Source: Pavona decussata
Taxonomy: Eukaryota
DNA length: 64,000 nucleotides
Assembly (NCBI GenBank): GCA_977016875.1
Contig: CDRNST010000188.1
Coordinates: forward strand, 186,001-250,000
Direction: 5' to 3'
Below the pieces are notes generated by a model that worked only from the letters and a program-made list of their open reading frames with translations, had not been told where the DNA came from and searched no databases. Positions 12,477 through 24,647 of the stretch are shown in pieces. Made by a program: the position numbers and the translations under genes. The first letter of the stretch is position 1. Every line of letters starts with the position of its first letter.

Positions 12477-15400
12477 GACATCTGAAAATGGTTAGACTTT
12501 CTAGTCTTCTCGGATAAGGACGATAAACCGTACGTCCCGTCTTACAACACTTCAATGTTCATAACCCTGTGGGACGTTAAAGAACCCAGACACTAATCGT
12601 AAAGAGTAGGGCATGGAGTTCCCGGTGTGCTGGTCTGGTCTTTGTTCTGTTTCATGATTTCATGGGTTGGGAGGGTAGGATGAGGTCGCTAATGGACATA
12701 TGCTGATGTAAACCACATTTGAATATACATGAAAAGAAAATGCGGTATATAAATGTATTACCATTACCATATTTTTCTGTTTTATTAAATTACCTCTGAA
12801 CATTCCATCTGGTCTGAGCTATTCTAGCTGCAATAGCTACATTGTTGAAAAAACAGTAGCCCATGGCAAACTCAATATCAGCATGGTGACCAGGTGGCCT
12901 ATTGACAAATGGCAGAAACAAAAATACAAAAGATCAGGACCAGGTGATGGTATATATCAAACAATTTATTAATAATTCATCAATAAATAATTTATTATTA
13001 ATTAAAACAGACTGGATGGATGAAAACCTGGGGTGGGGGGACTCTCATATTTAAGTGACAGGGGTGCTCATTGGAAATTTGAACCTCTGAAAGGTACCAG
13101 TCAGAATTCTATTTTGTGGGCGTGACCAGTCCAAACAGCTTTTCACCCCTAAGAGGTACATGTACCAAATCAGCTGACGGACATTACTTCCTCTCATATT
13201 GTTTGACTCAATACCCTTAAAGGTACCACCATACCTCTGAGCACCCTTGGGGGTACCAAACCATGAATTTTAACCCGTCGCTTTTATATGGGAGTCTCCC
13301 CCCCCCCCTCCCCCTGGGAAACCCAGGTCTGTGGCTTTCAGGGTCTCTTCAGAATGGATCAACCAATTAACAGCCAGGAAGTCACAGAATTAGGTACTGA
13401 GTAGGCACATGCTCACGTCTAATTATGTCCTCATTGTGACAGTCAAGCATTTTTAACAATCATGAGCCCCTGGCTCGGGAGACTGGGGGACCACTCCCCA
13501 TGTTTCGACTTTAAATAAAATTATAGCTTTATACCTTTATCTATCTGAGAAGTCAACAGTTATAAGTGTAATGTTGGCTAGAGCAGTTTTCAATTTTATC
13601 TTTACCACACTCTGCAACTTGTTAGCAAACTTTGCGCCTCAAACCACAAGAAACAAAACAAAAACAAATTGTTACGTGTTCACAAGCTTTTCCCATGCTT
13701 GGGGCCAGTTACAGGTATTTGCATAGAGTTCTAATTGGTTTATTATGTCGATTATAATATTATAACCAATGGACCATTTTTCTGAAAGGAAAATGTAATC
13801 CTTGCTTTGACTTCTCTGCTTCTTCTTTGACTTCTCTGACAGTATTACTAGTGCTGTAATAAATATATGTCATTAAACAAGTGTGAGGTCCGTATCAGGA
13901 AATATTTGTTGATTGAGTGCTTTTTTTTTTATTTTTTGCAAGTTTATGGACCAAGCCGAAGACGAAGTCCGTAACCTTGCAAAAAAAAAAAAAACAAAAA
14001 AACAAAACATTACAAAAAAAAAAATCAACAACGCACCGCATTGTAATGCAACCTCCATGTCCATCTTAGCGAAAAATTTGGACCACTCAGGGAGCCAATC
14101 AGAATGTTCCTTTTTAAAGCAGACCAGTTCAGCTATGTTCTATGTTATAGCATATACATACCATTATTGTAGTGTATTACTATAGCATACGTACCTGACT
14201 ATGGCTACTGCATTTTGGACCTGGAAGAAAGAAAAAAAATTATCTCACAGACCTCATCAAATGTTCATGTTTTCACAATTTTGTTTTCAAATATTTGCTA
14301 GAAAAAAGGATGCTGTAAAGAGAAAAGTTGCTTGTTTGATATTTGTTAGAAAAGCACTTCAAAGTCCTCTCTCACTTATTTATTGCTGCAAAATACTGCA
14401 ATTCCTACAAAAGTAATGAAAGTAATTTAAATGATTTATAATTTGCAGTAAATGGTACTATAAATTTTTAAAGTAAAAAGAGTTTTTTGTACCTTATTTG
14501 TTACAACAGCTTCCACTGCAGCTATAGTGCAACCACAGGCAAGACAAGCACATTCACAAGCATGCTGATAAACAGAGAAGAAAACTTCATATTTAAGACA
14601 CTGACCTTTATGATGGTGGGTGAGGTGGGGGGGATAATAAATCAAACTGGGTGGAAGATTTCAAAACAATTTCCATAGTCAATGCTGTTCATTGTATCAT
14701 GTGCGCAGATAATCCATGAGAGAATGCTTAAATAAATAGTGTGCAAAGTTATCCAACCATGGTCAGATAAAAGTTAAACTTAATAATACTGATAATTGAC
14801 AACAAAAAACATGATAAAACAGTAAAGCTTCACTTATATGCTAAAAATGACCTGAATGATATCTTGTCTGTCATTAATGTGATATGCATGCACCAAGAGA
14901 ATTATCTGTTCTGCAGTAGTTACCTGACTATAGTAAAAGTCAGGTTCAAAGGTTACTTCTTTTCCTTTGGCATACAGTTTTTCATACGGCATTGTCTGAG
15001 TTGCTGCCATGTCCATGAGATGTTGCTGACTGGCAATAATGAAAACAAACCGCTAACTTTTATTCCAATAAAATATTTTCAATTATCGACAACCAGAGTG
15101 AGACTACAGAGAACAGAGCATGGCTTCTGGGTAAAATAATTTCCAGTATATTCACCCTTGAAATATACAAGGTCAATAAGCATTTTATTCAGATACTATG
15201 GTAGCCTAAAGTAGCCTCAATAAGCTGGTTGACTGTGCATTTTGAATATCCCGCAAGACTGGGGAAAAAATAATACTGAGGTGGATTATATTCAGCAAAG
15301 TAAAGCTGGAATTGTCCACACATTTACGCTCTTTATTCACAAGAGTAGTCCTCACCTCACTCATGTAGACAGAATCATAATCACATGCTCCTATGTTAAA

Positions 15401-18400
15401 CAGTTCCTCTTTTGACATGGTCTGCGTTGACTTCATCTTGTTAACATGAGCTTCACTGTTAATTATTGCATTATGAAAAAATTAATATTATTGCAGACTT
15501 AATGTAGCACATTACGAAATCACCGATATTTCATTTTTAGGTCAGATGACTTATTTTTTGGTTGTATTATTATTAATAAGTATAAAAACATTTAATATCC
15601 AACATTATCATTGGAGAAAGTTAATGTTAAGGTTATGGGTTTTAAAAAGCATTAAAGGACATGTAACATGCGCTGCAATTTAATCCACGCCCAACAACTA
15701 ATCAAAGGCATTCAACTCAACATACAGCACATGTAGCTTTGCAGGCTGTGAAAACAGTGAGGTTGTCAAAAACTATTTTCTTTGGGACTGAAGGGATGGG
15801 GTGGGGGGTCATGAGAGGAGGGGGAAGGCTAGCTCAATAATTACAGAATTTAAATAAGGCTACTATTATCATAAAAATAATAATTTGTTACTTTAAAACA
15901 GTAGTCAGTATTGAAGCACATGCATGGGTGAACTAAAAGGACTCATCCAAAAATCATACTGTTCCTGTTCTTATGTACTGTATTTAGTCTTGATATAACT
16001 ATGTTAACGTTTGCTATGATTTTTACTCTCAGCTTTAAATCAGCTAATTTAATACCACAAGGAAGCACAGTGTCTCTACCAAGTAAGGCTGATGTCTTCC
16101 CAGTTAAGCCTGCCGCACACTTGAGGAAACAGCTGAGCAAACTCCCTTGCAGGGCATCGTGAGGCAATCAGCTGAGCTCTTTCCTCAAGTGTGAGGTTGA
16201 GTTTTCGTGAGAATTTCACCTCGCGAGATGAAATCTCAGATATCAAACACGACAGATATTTTCCTCACGGACTCGCAAGGCGAAAAACTCACGAAAACAA
16301 AACCGCACACATGATGAAACAGCTGAGCGATATTCGCCTCGTGAGGCAGTTTGCTCAGCTCTTTCCTCAAGTGTGCGGCAGGCTTTAGCTATGCAGTCCT
16401 GACTCTCTTGACTATCCAAGATGAGGGAAGTTTGCTGGGCAATAAATTCAATGTTTAGGTTGAATCATTGAATAATAATTATTGTATTAACATAAGGCCA
16501 TCCGAAGTTCTAAGAAAATTTTAATTCAATAAAATTGATAATTAATTTTTTATTCATGAGCTAATACCTGTGTTGACTCAGTAGCTCTTCATCAGTAGCA
16601 AACCGAGACTATAAAACATGGGAAATATTCAAAAAATATTTACAGTAAGCTAATGCCATTTTAAACTAAAGAAGGATGTTCATTTTCATTTGAAAACATA
16701 AGGAGCTCTAAAATACCAAAAAGAATAACTTTTATTGTAATAGCAACTGGTGCAAAGACTGTCAGTGTTAATTAATTACCATAACTAAAAAAAAACAGTT
16801 TGTCACACTGCACAAGGTACTAATTAATTTAATTTTCAAACAAACAAACAAACAAAAAATATTGTAATTGCAAACTGTTCCTATTAATATAAAAAAAATC
16901 CTATGTGTTGTCTTTACGTATAATTTGATGATATAATGTAGAATGTAGCTCCATAAAAAAAAAAAACTAAAACTTACTGGAATTTCCTGGCATCTTTCAA
17001 GGAGACCATACTCTTTGTGTTTGTGATATGGCCGTTGAATTCTGTCAGGGACTTCTGGATGAGTACTAATAAAAATAATAATGTAAGAAACGATTTAGAG
17101 AAACATTTCAACAAGAAAATTAACGATAGTGAAACAGCATGACGTTTCGTTTCCTTTCGTCATTTGACAATGACGATATGAAGACGTCGAAACGTCATGC
17201 TGTTTTACTATCGTTAATTTTCTTGTTGAAATAATGTAATAAATTAAATCCTGAACTAAGTTTCTTACAAGTTTATTTGGAGTAATTTAATGGATTTTAA
17301 CCCAGAAAATCCTACTTAAGGCAACAATTTGTTACAAATGTTGTGCATGATGTCAGGTAAAATGTCATGGAATGCTGAAACATAATTATGTTAAAACCCT
17401 ATGACAATCACTGGTGCAGACTAATGAGTGTTGCATTTTGTGTCGATATAACAATAGGAGCCTCAGAAGTCTGAAGTGACAGTCCTAAAGTGACGTGTTA
17501 AAGTTTTGCTGTTTACATTGATATATCATATCAGTATTCTTATATCAGTCAGACTTACCTGTCCCATACATTAAAATGCTTTTTCATCCTTTCGTCAAAG
17601 ACAATTCCAGTCCTAAAATTTCCAGAAGAAAACTATTAATTATTTTCTTCAAATTTGATCCTTTAAAAAACAATACACATATATAGCATGTTCTTAATAG
17701 CATGCTTGGGCAAATACTTTTGACTTGTTTCCATATTCATTACTTCTGTTCTTTCTAAGTCAATGTTTTCTCTTCTACACCAAATGTATAAATTTCTCTC
17801 CACATCATTTCATTTTATATCATCTATTACAAAAATCCAACTAAACAATTTCTTCAAATTTAAACACTTTTATTAGCTCATCCATTTTCCTATTAATAAC
17901 CTTTCATTATTTACAGTGGTACCTTTTCATCTTTTCTACAGTTTCACTGACAACCTGAATTTTAAACGGTAAAAGAAAAAATATTACATTTAATTTAGGT
18001 AACCCCCTCATGTTTATTTCTATATCATCACTGTCATTGAAAACAAGGATAATGGCTGAAGTCAACAATTAAAGCCTTTCAAACTTATACATCATAAAAG
18101 GAAATTGATCAGGCTTGTGATAAGTGCACAGTCACCTTGGTTTTCTATGCACTTATAAGAAGAAGGACAGCAGATTGTCACACCAGAAGTCGTTTTAAAT
18201 GTAGAGCCCCTTGAGTCACATAATGGATGCTCAGGGCCGGCCTCAGGTGTACATGTAGTGGTATCACAACATTGTGGGTTCAAGTCTGCTTCAAGCTTTA
18301 ATTTAACCCTTTCCCGTCCGAGGGAAATGGCAAATTTTTCTAAATCACTAACTATGAACTGGGAGACTACATGTGATATACCATTTAAAAGGTATTTTCT

Positions 18401-19465
18401 GGAGTGTGCTATAAATCACACCAACAGAGATGGAGGAGGTCACATATTAGAGTGAGAAAAGTCCAAAACGAAAGAAGAAAAACTTTGAAAATTTTCTTAT
18501 TCGTTGTACATACTGAGTATCCCCCTAAACTAAAGCTTTATGTACAGCTCTCAGTGCACTGCTTGTTGTAAGATATCAACTGGACCCTTAACGTACAAAG
18601 GAAAAAAAATCCAAAAGTTTGAGGGGTGGTAAATCAAGTCTCATATAGGAGGGGGGCACGATTTTATGCCTTCAATTTATAGATCTTTCAAAGATTTTTG
18701 GTTGTGCAAATTTCACACAAATTGACCAAATACTGAGCTCATAATTGCGTCTTGTGCCATATGGCACTCTTGCGTTAATTGGTCGGGAAAGGGTTAAAAT
18801 GTAGCTAAATGTAATTTAGGCAATGTTAAAGTCAGCTCAATGCCGGTAAGCGGTGGCCTCTTGTCACGGCTCAGGGGCGACCTTTGTATTCTCTGCAGGG
18901 GGGCGCCCCACGGCTCGCATCGCATTTGCTTGCTTGCTGGCCTGCGAGATAGGTCATTTTTGCCTGCCGTATTGTCAAGCTCCCCCCCCCATCTCCACCC
19001 TCCGTTTGGTAAGTATCGGGTATGGTAAGTATTCCACTGACTGGGTTCAGTGTAAGGGTGCTATTGGTGGTGGTCGCTTGCAGGGTTGCCATGGATACCT
19101 CCTACCCGTGCCTGATTGCTCCCTGGCTCTGGACACCAACCTTATAGGCACCAGCTCCCAAGCTCATCTATTGTTGATGAGTTTAAATAATAAATAAATA
19201 ACCTTCATTTACCTTTGGCAGTGTTTATAGCACAAGTGATGGTAAGGCCGAGTATTAAACTTCACAAAGAAATAGTTATGTATTTAAAATGAAAATGACC
19301 TGGTTAAAAATCCCTACTGGCAGGAGTTAGACCAGCTGGTTATTACATTTTACAATAAATTGTGGTTGAAGAGTTTCAACTTGGGGCTACTGAGAAACAA
19401 CTTCTATATTGTATTACCAAGTTTTTAATCCCATTTGTATTCAAATATTCATCACCAGAAGACAT
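1467..19465 (-). CDS. Class IIb histone deacetylase (HDAC6/HDAC10-like), single catalytic domain, multi-exon
   Basis: Phase-consistent GT-AG exons, 5'->3': 19465-19418 ([16 protein letters not shown]), 17954-17923, 17612-17559 ([17 protein letters not shown]), 17065-16978 (THPEVPDRI), 16608-16568, then 15455-15356 OR 15029-14924, then 14564-14493, 14220-14195, 12898-12794 ([19 protein letters not shown]), 11996-11928 ([15 protein letters not shown]-type motif, here [15 protein letters not shown]), 6845-6719 (SIHRY..VNVPW), 6065-6000, 5255-5196 ([13 protein letters not shown]), 3406-3317, 2967-2861 (GGYNL), 2483-2416, 2038-1975, 1593-1565, and a tentative terminal exon 1471-1467 followed by AATAAA. 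All Zn-binding and catalytic motifs are intact. The first two and last three exons are less certain. Confidence 0.93.
2643..2707. repeat. (AATC)n microsatellite
   Basis: About 16 perfect units. Confidence 0.95.
3937..4802. repeat. Cluster of duplicated palindromic MITEs
   Basis: Element X (tataacatagcgcgc..gcgcgctatgttata) at ~3938-4076 and ~4491-4626. Element Y (ttcatgcttttagc..gctaagcatgaacc hairpin) at ~4277-4460 and ~4634-4802. Confidence 0.82.
7130..7800. repeat. Diverged ~255-bp tandem repeat, ~2.7 copies, downstream of Helitron copy 1
   Basis: Recurring anchors tacgatatgcgtg (~7171, 7387, 7644) and accaaattt (~7203, 7457, 7712), plus aagactgt..gttactc three times. Confidence 0.85.
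7895..8110. mobile_element. Harbinger-like MITE
   Basis: cag|GGCCCGGTTGTTC...GAACAACTGGGCC|cag. A related copy lies at ~11282-11520. Confidence 0.7.
8288..9335 (-). pseudogene. Second ORF of Helitron-like copy 1 (uncharacterised; helical core plus acidic/basic low-complexity tail), disrupted
   Basis: Reading across frameshifts and stops gives [163 protein letters not shown] content is elevated, like the adjacent helicase. Confidence 0.62.
9502..10604 (-). mobile_element. Helitron-like element copy 1: decayed Pif1-family (SF1B) helicase, 5'-truncated
   Basis: Frameshifted pieces carry VIDEASLV (Walker B), [13 protein letters not shown] (III), QQFRIVD (IV), [11 protein letters not shown] (V) and YVALSRVR (VI). 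It is clearly homologous to 36000-37090 on the opposite strand and lies in HDAC intron 6846-11927. Confidence 0.88.
11545..11876. mobile_element. MITE with internally repeated palindromic units
   Basis: ggcccagttcagacgccgaacttttcatgagcc...ggctcatgaaaagtttggcgtctgaaccgggcc; the unit occurs four times in alternating orientation. Confidence 0.75.
12350..12770 (+). mobile_element. tRNA-derived SINE
   Basis: 5' tRNA-like head with A box (tagctcagttg) and B box (ggttcaaacc), a non-tRNA body, and a 3' tail ttaccattaccat. Confidence 0.8.
14924..15029 (-). CDS. HDAC alternative exon B ([36 protein letters not shown]), paralogue of exon A
   Basis: ttttcattattgccag|T acceptor and CAG|gtaact donor; 106 nt; same phases (2 to 0); no stop codon; aligns to exon A (H..M..TQTM..E.L). 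Confidence 0.75.
15356..15455 (-). CDS. HDAC alternative exon A (L2 loop: [34 protein letters not shown])
   Basis: aacag|T acceptor and GAG|gtgag donor; 100 nt; enters in phase 2 and leaves in phase 0; contains the HDAC6-like YDSVY. Confidence 0.88.
16107..16385. mobile_element. Palindromic MITE
   Basis: gcctgccgcacacttgaggaaacagctgagcaaact...agtttgctcagctctttcctcaagtgtgcggcaggc. Confidence 0.78.
17104..17232. repeat. Near-perfect inverted repeat (hairpin MITE remnant)
   Basis: atttcaacaagaaaattaacgatagtgaaacagcatgacgtttcg pairs with cgaaacgtcatgctgttttactatcgttaattttcttgttgaaat. Confidence 0.8.
18307..18793. mobile_element. piggyBac-type MITE
   Basis: TTAA|CCCTTTCCCG...CGGGAAAGGG|TTAA termini; no coding capacity. 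Confidence 0.85.
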
Positions 19466-21182
19466 TCTGCAAAAAAAAAGATGATACAAGAAATATTGAT
19501 AAAACTCTCTCTCTCTTTCATTTATAAGGGAAAAGTTTAATTTAAATAATGTAGTTAAATGCAATTTACGGGAGTTAACAACAAAGAGCACAAGTGTTGC
19601 TCCATGACCAGCGGTGTCTTTTTGGGCGCATGGGTCTGGAGTCCACATGCTCACAGAATATATGACCTTCTTGCTGCGTAGGCCTAGCCAGCATTTGGCT
19701 TTTTTTGGTGCCAGGAAGCTTCTGTTTTCCCCCCTCCCTTCGGCCCCCTCTGTCTTTTCCACTGTTTTAGCAGTGTGATGGGTGCCTGTCTTCCCTCGAG
19801 GGCCTGGGGGCTACAGCTGGTTTGCCAGGATTTGCCAGCTATGGGAGCAGTCTCAATCTAGGAGCTGGTTGCCATAGGGGAAGCTCCTGGATATCACAGG
19901 CATCCAACTTCCACTTAGCAATGCAGTTGTTAAAGGTGGCTAGCCCTAGTTTACAGCACTTAAACTTTGACAGATTAATACTACTAGTCACTCTTTATCT
20001 GCAGTATCAACCAAATGCCTTTCAATTATTATTGGTGAACAAGTTATTGTTGTTTTCTTGACTTAGGTTACCATAGTCCATTAAAGTTAGTTTAGTAAAC
20101 TATGGTGTTAATTAGTTTTATTAAAGTGATAAATTATAACTCCAAAAGGAGCTTAGTGATCCCCACTTTTTTGCTATATTTGATGGATTCAGAGCAACCA
20201 TAAATTTTCAAAAATTTAAGGTGGCTCTGAATCCCTCCCTACAAATTTTTTTAAACTTTGCAAAATGTTGCAGCTTGACATGCTGATTTGGAACTGTATA
20301 GTACAACATGGGAGTCACCAAGCTCAGTTTTGAGTTAAACTCACCAAAAGCTGAAATTTATAGGGCTGTTTTCAACAGGTTATAACATTGCTATGGTAAT
20401 CTATAAAGTTGAAAATATGACCATAACTGGTTTAGAAATGGTTACTTTGTTTGATACCATCGGGTCTCCTATGGGTGGTGCCTACTAATACAGGAATATT
20501 TTTGCTCAGTTTAAATTATGCAGAGAAAGCAGAACTTAGCAAGTGGTCATGGTACCCGTAAAGAAAAGAAATGGGGGTGACCATATCATACATTTTTCAG
20601 AGATAATAAAGCTTCAATTTGGGAAAAAATGCCATATATTGCTCTGTATTTTACAGTTTTTAGAATTATTGTTGGATTCCAATAGCCCTTGCTAAGATCT
20701 GCTTTGTCCACATAGTCATAAGCCGCACAAAAATACTTTTGTATATGTAGGCACTGTCCTTAAGAGTGGTAATAATGATCATTCAAATTTTAACTGAAGG
20801 GAATTAAGAGCTGGAAACTGTTATGTGGCTCCTTAAATACAATTTAAATTTTACCTCAGCCAAGTTAGAACAGATCTAGGAAAGTGATAAAAGTATCAGC
20901 AGATGTAGTTACCAAATTTGAAAAATATGCCATCACGCATACCAGCTGATTGGCAATAATATTCACTGATTTTGTTAGAGGTGACTAACTCCAAGCAAGT
21001 CACAGGTGGGGACCTTGACTCTATGTTTACCATATTATTATATGGAAGGTGTCATTAATTTACTTAACTGCTGCCCGGAAGATGTTCAAAAAGTTGGGGT
21101 TTTCTAGACTTGCTGCAACCTTGTAGAGGGTGTCCCATATGTGGATGTACCTCCTTAATTAAATAAGGAATACCCCCTGAAC

Positions 21183-21290
21183 TAGCCTGCAGAACAGGCG
21201 TGATTTTTTTGTTTTTCAGGCAGGCTCGAGGGGAGTGCTTGCCTCTGCTTGTCTGAAAAAGACAAAAAATCACGCCTGTTCTGCAGGCTA
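21183..21290. mobile_element. Short MITE with 9-bp TSD
   Basis: cccctgaac|TAGCCTGCAGAACAGGCGTGATTTTT...AAAAATCACGCCTGTTCTGCAGGCTA|cccctgaac. Confidence 0.85.
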
Positions 21291-21600
21291 CCCCTGAACT
21301 ACATCACCTGCACTTGGTAATACATACCAATGGCCAGCTACTTCAGACTAACACAGACAAATTAGAAGTCTTCTGTCTCATGGTAACTCATCCTCGACCA
21401 AGGAGGTTTCATTTCATTTGGAGACTCAGAGATTTGAAGTTTGATAATTTACCAAAAAAGTAGGGAAACAGTTGCAAACATTTGATCAAGAATTATTTCT
21501 GCATTACTGTCCATATATAATGCTCATCATCAAATGATTGGTGAACTTAACAAGCTTATCCCTAAACACAAATTTCAATATCGCACCTGCTCAAAATTGA

Positions 21601-22779
21601 GGGTTTCGACAAAATGCTGACTCCCGGGACAGCTGACCCCCTACTGACCCCCTACTGACCCCCAACTGACCCCCTAACTGACCCCCTCAAAAAATCACAG
21701 CGAAAAACAAAAACATGCCATGCGAAATCAAAGTTATAAAGTTAACCTGCAAGATGAAACAGCGCAAATGACGAGTGAGTTACCACTCTGTTTAACGTTT
21801 GACTGTTGACTGTTGTCATGAAACAAAATCTGGAAACAATTCCCATGGTAAAATACAGCAGAAATACATTCCAGGTCCCGCTCTAGTTCGCTATTCCCGC
21901 CGCCGCTGACGGATTCCTTCGCTGGCGATGTCGGGTGAGTACTGTAGTTTATTTTGACACAAATACAGGAAGCGTTTAATTTTACAGCCCTCATTTTCCT
22001 GCTTTTTTAGGGAACTAATTGATCTCACTGCTGCGAATGGAAATCGAGAGAGAGCCCTGAGCATGCAAGGCTGCTGTTAGCCGTTTCTTACTGTGCATTT
22101 TCCTGTTATTTAGCGTTTACATATGCACATTTGTGGTCAAATGATGCATAAACTAAAAGTATTAGAAATGGCCTATAACAAAAAACCTCACAAAATTACC
22201 CAATGCATTTTCCTGAAATCATGTGTTACAGCTAGTCTATAACCCCTTTCCCGTAACGACGGATTGTTTGACCTTGTTGTACTTTTGTCCGACTGCCACA
22301 GTTCGCCTTGCCTCCTTGTAATGCAATTAAGATACGAAAACAATTCGCTCCTGTCAGAGAGTTGACTTTCGAACATGCTTTGGTCAGATCGGCTCTTGAA
22401 GCATACTGAAGTTTTTTGAAAAGTTACCTAGTGGAACTGGGATTTTTTTTTTTCGAACAGACGCTCGATTCTTTGTTTGATAAATTCAAAAATCTTCTGT
22501 CTAGAGGCGATTTTGGCAACTTGAATGGTTGTCAACTTCATGATGATGAAGCCCTTTCAAACTATTTTGTTCAGAATGAGAACTGGGTGCATCGGAACAT
22601 TGGTTTATGGTGAGAAACAGGTGTATCCGTTCCTCGTGATTTGTGTGGCATTCCGTCATCTTGGAAATGAAAGGCTGGTTTATAACTTTAATTTAACATT
22701 TTTTGTTTTCCCTGAGATTTTTTGAGGGGGTCAGATAGGGGGTCAGCTGACCCGGGGGTCAGCGTTTTCTCGAAACCCC
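21601..22779. mobile_element. Non-autonomous TIR DNA transposon (~100-bp TIRs with internal ctgacccc repeats)
   Basis: gggtttcgacaaaatgctgac..cagctgacccc on the left mirrors ggggtcagctg..gtcagcgttttctcgaaaccc on the right. Possible imperfect ~9-bp TSD. Confidence 0.72.
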
Positions 22780-23149
22780 GAAGTTGATGGTTTGCATGTG
22801 ATGTCATGGCAGCCATGTTGGTGGACAGGAACAATAAGATATTTCTCCTCTGGGAGTTAACTGCCATTTTCATGCAAATTTTGTTCTGTTTTGTCCACTA
22901 ACATGGCGGCAATGCAAATAGTTTAATAATAATAATAAGAAACCACCTATTGTTTTTCTCGCCCTTACAAAACAACCATTCATTCCCCTGGTGCCGGGTT
23001 TTCTGTCCTCTTCTTTCAAGCGGACAAGTTTTGTTTAAGAAAAATCAAAGAAGAAAGAAAACCTGTGAGTCCAGAAGTAAAGAAAGAACCCATTCCATGT
23101 ACATTCATTTGTTCGTTATTTGGAGCGGAAAACATTTCCCTTACGGTAA

Positions 23150-23657
23150 GCTTACTGCCTGGAACCAGAATGAACCAGCCAGAACGTGGCATGCATGTGA
23201 ACCTCCCGATCGACTAGTATTTGACTACTTTTCCTGACTAGCCGCAGGGCTAACTTCTCACCTGACCAATCACGCTACTTTGATGAAACCTTGTTGTGTC
23301 CAAACAGAACTCAAAAGAACAGAAACCCTACAGTGACTTGACCAGAACTTTGAACCGCGGATGTGAGGCATGCAAATCATGAGATGTGACTGGGACAAGG
23401 TCAAAAAATCTCCTGTGTAGGGCTGGGGTCAGTGCATATGGCCTTTCTTAAAAACTTAAAGGAAAAAATGGCCCAGAGGCAAAAATAATTCCACATAAAA
23501 TAGAAGTTATTGTCTTCACATTTTCTATCTTTTATTCAAGAAACATTCCACTGGTCGGTTTCAGTGCGGATGATTTGGAATCAGTAGGGTGGGGTCAATA
23601 GGCTTGCGTTGGTCACGAGGGAAGGGGAGAGAAGGGTGAAACTTTGGAAGGAGAAAA
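23150..23657. promoter_or_regulatory. Putative bidirectional promoter region for HDAC and ACY1
   Basis: Lies between the ACY1 ATG and candidate minus-strand 5'UTR donor sites (gtaag at ~23124 and ~23155); CCAAT box gaccaatca at ~23264. The TSSs are not determined. Confidence 0.4.
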
Positions 23658-24573
23658 ATGGCGGAAAAGCGAGCAAAAGTTGAAGAAGACTCATCCGTTA
23701 CAGTTTTCAGGGAATACTTGAGGATAAAAACCGTGCAGCCAAATCCAGATTATGGTAAGTACGATGGTCTTTTTAATGTCCTAAAATTACTAGGATTTAA
23801 GCCGTTTAATAAATTTAGCACGCATCCATGAGTATGGCTTCATTTACCTCGGTCTTGAAGAAAAACTCGCAACTGACGTAAAACAAAGTAAACAAAAACA
23901 ACAAAACAATGCAGGGAAGGAGAACAATAACCAACAATACAAAGAAAATCTGCAGGCGGGTTCTTACACCGAGGTAAAGCCATGAGTATAATATAAAATA
24001 ATTTGATGACCATGCCATGCCAAGCAGCAACACCGTACAGCCTCATGATTTAAGATTAAGAAAATTGGGGGTAGCGGGGTATTTTTAAGCAACAATTGTT
24101 CTAATAAGCAGCAAAATACAAAGCAATGTTTGGCGGTTATTTTTCCAAATTGAAGCTTTATTATTATCGAAAAATGTGCAGTTACCCTAATTTTCTTTTT
24201 GGACACCAAGAGCGCTTGCTAAGTTCTACTTTCTCTGTATAGTTTTGAACTGTGCAAAAATATCACTGTATTATTAGGCACCACCCATAGAACACCCGAG
24301 TATCTTGAGATGCGCAGAAGATATGCATAATAGCAAAAGACTAGGTACTGTCCTTAAATCATTTTCAATTGGTTAAATTCTCCCGTAATTCATATCAAAC
24401 AGTACTTGGCAACACCCTGCCTGGGGCATTGATTCAAGTAATTATTACATGGAATTCAGAAAGATTTCCACACAGTCCCCCACATTTGTTATGCATGTGT
24501 TTTGGTTTAAATTTTAACATCCATGGTTTACTTTGTAATTGCTTGATTAAGGCCATTTTCACCAGCCATCTAC

Positions 24574-24647
<74 letters not shown>

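Noticed and set aside
18092-18295. Cys-rich ORF ([13 protein letters not shown]..) as an HDAC exon
   Set aside because: Its donor phase (1) is incompatible with the next exons. The 19418->17954->17612 chain is in frame without it.
18840-19960. GC-rich segments with short ORFs near the HDAC 5' end
   Set aside because: Probably retroelement remnants, but no diagnostic motif was recognised.
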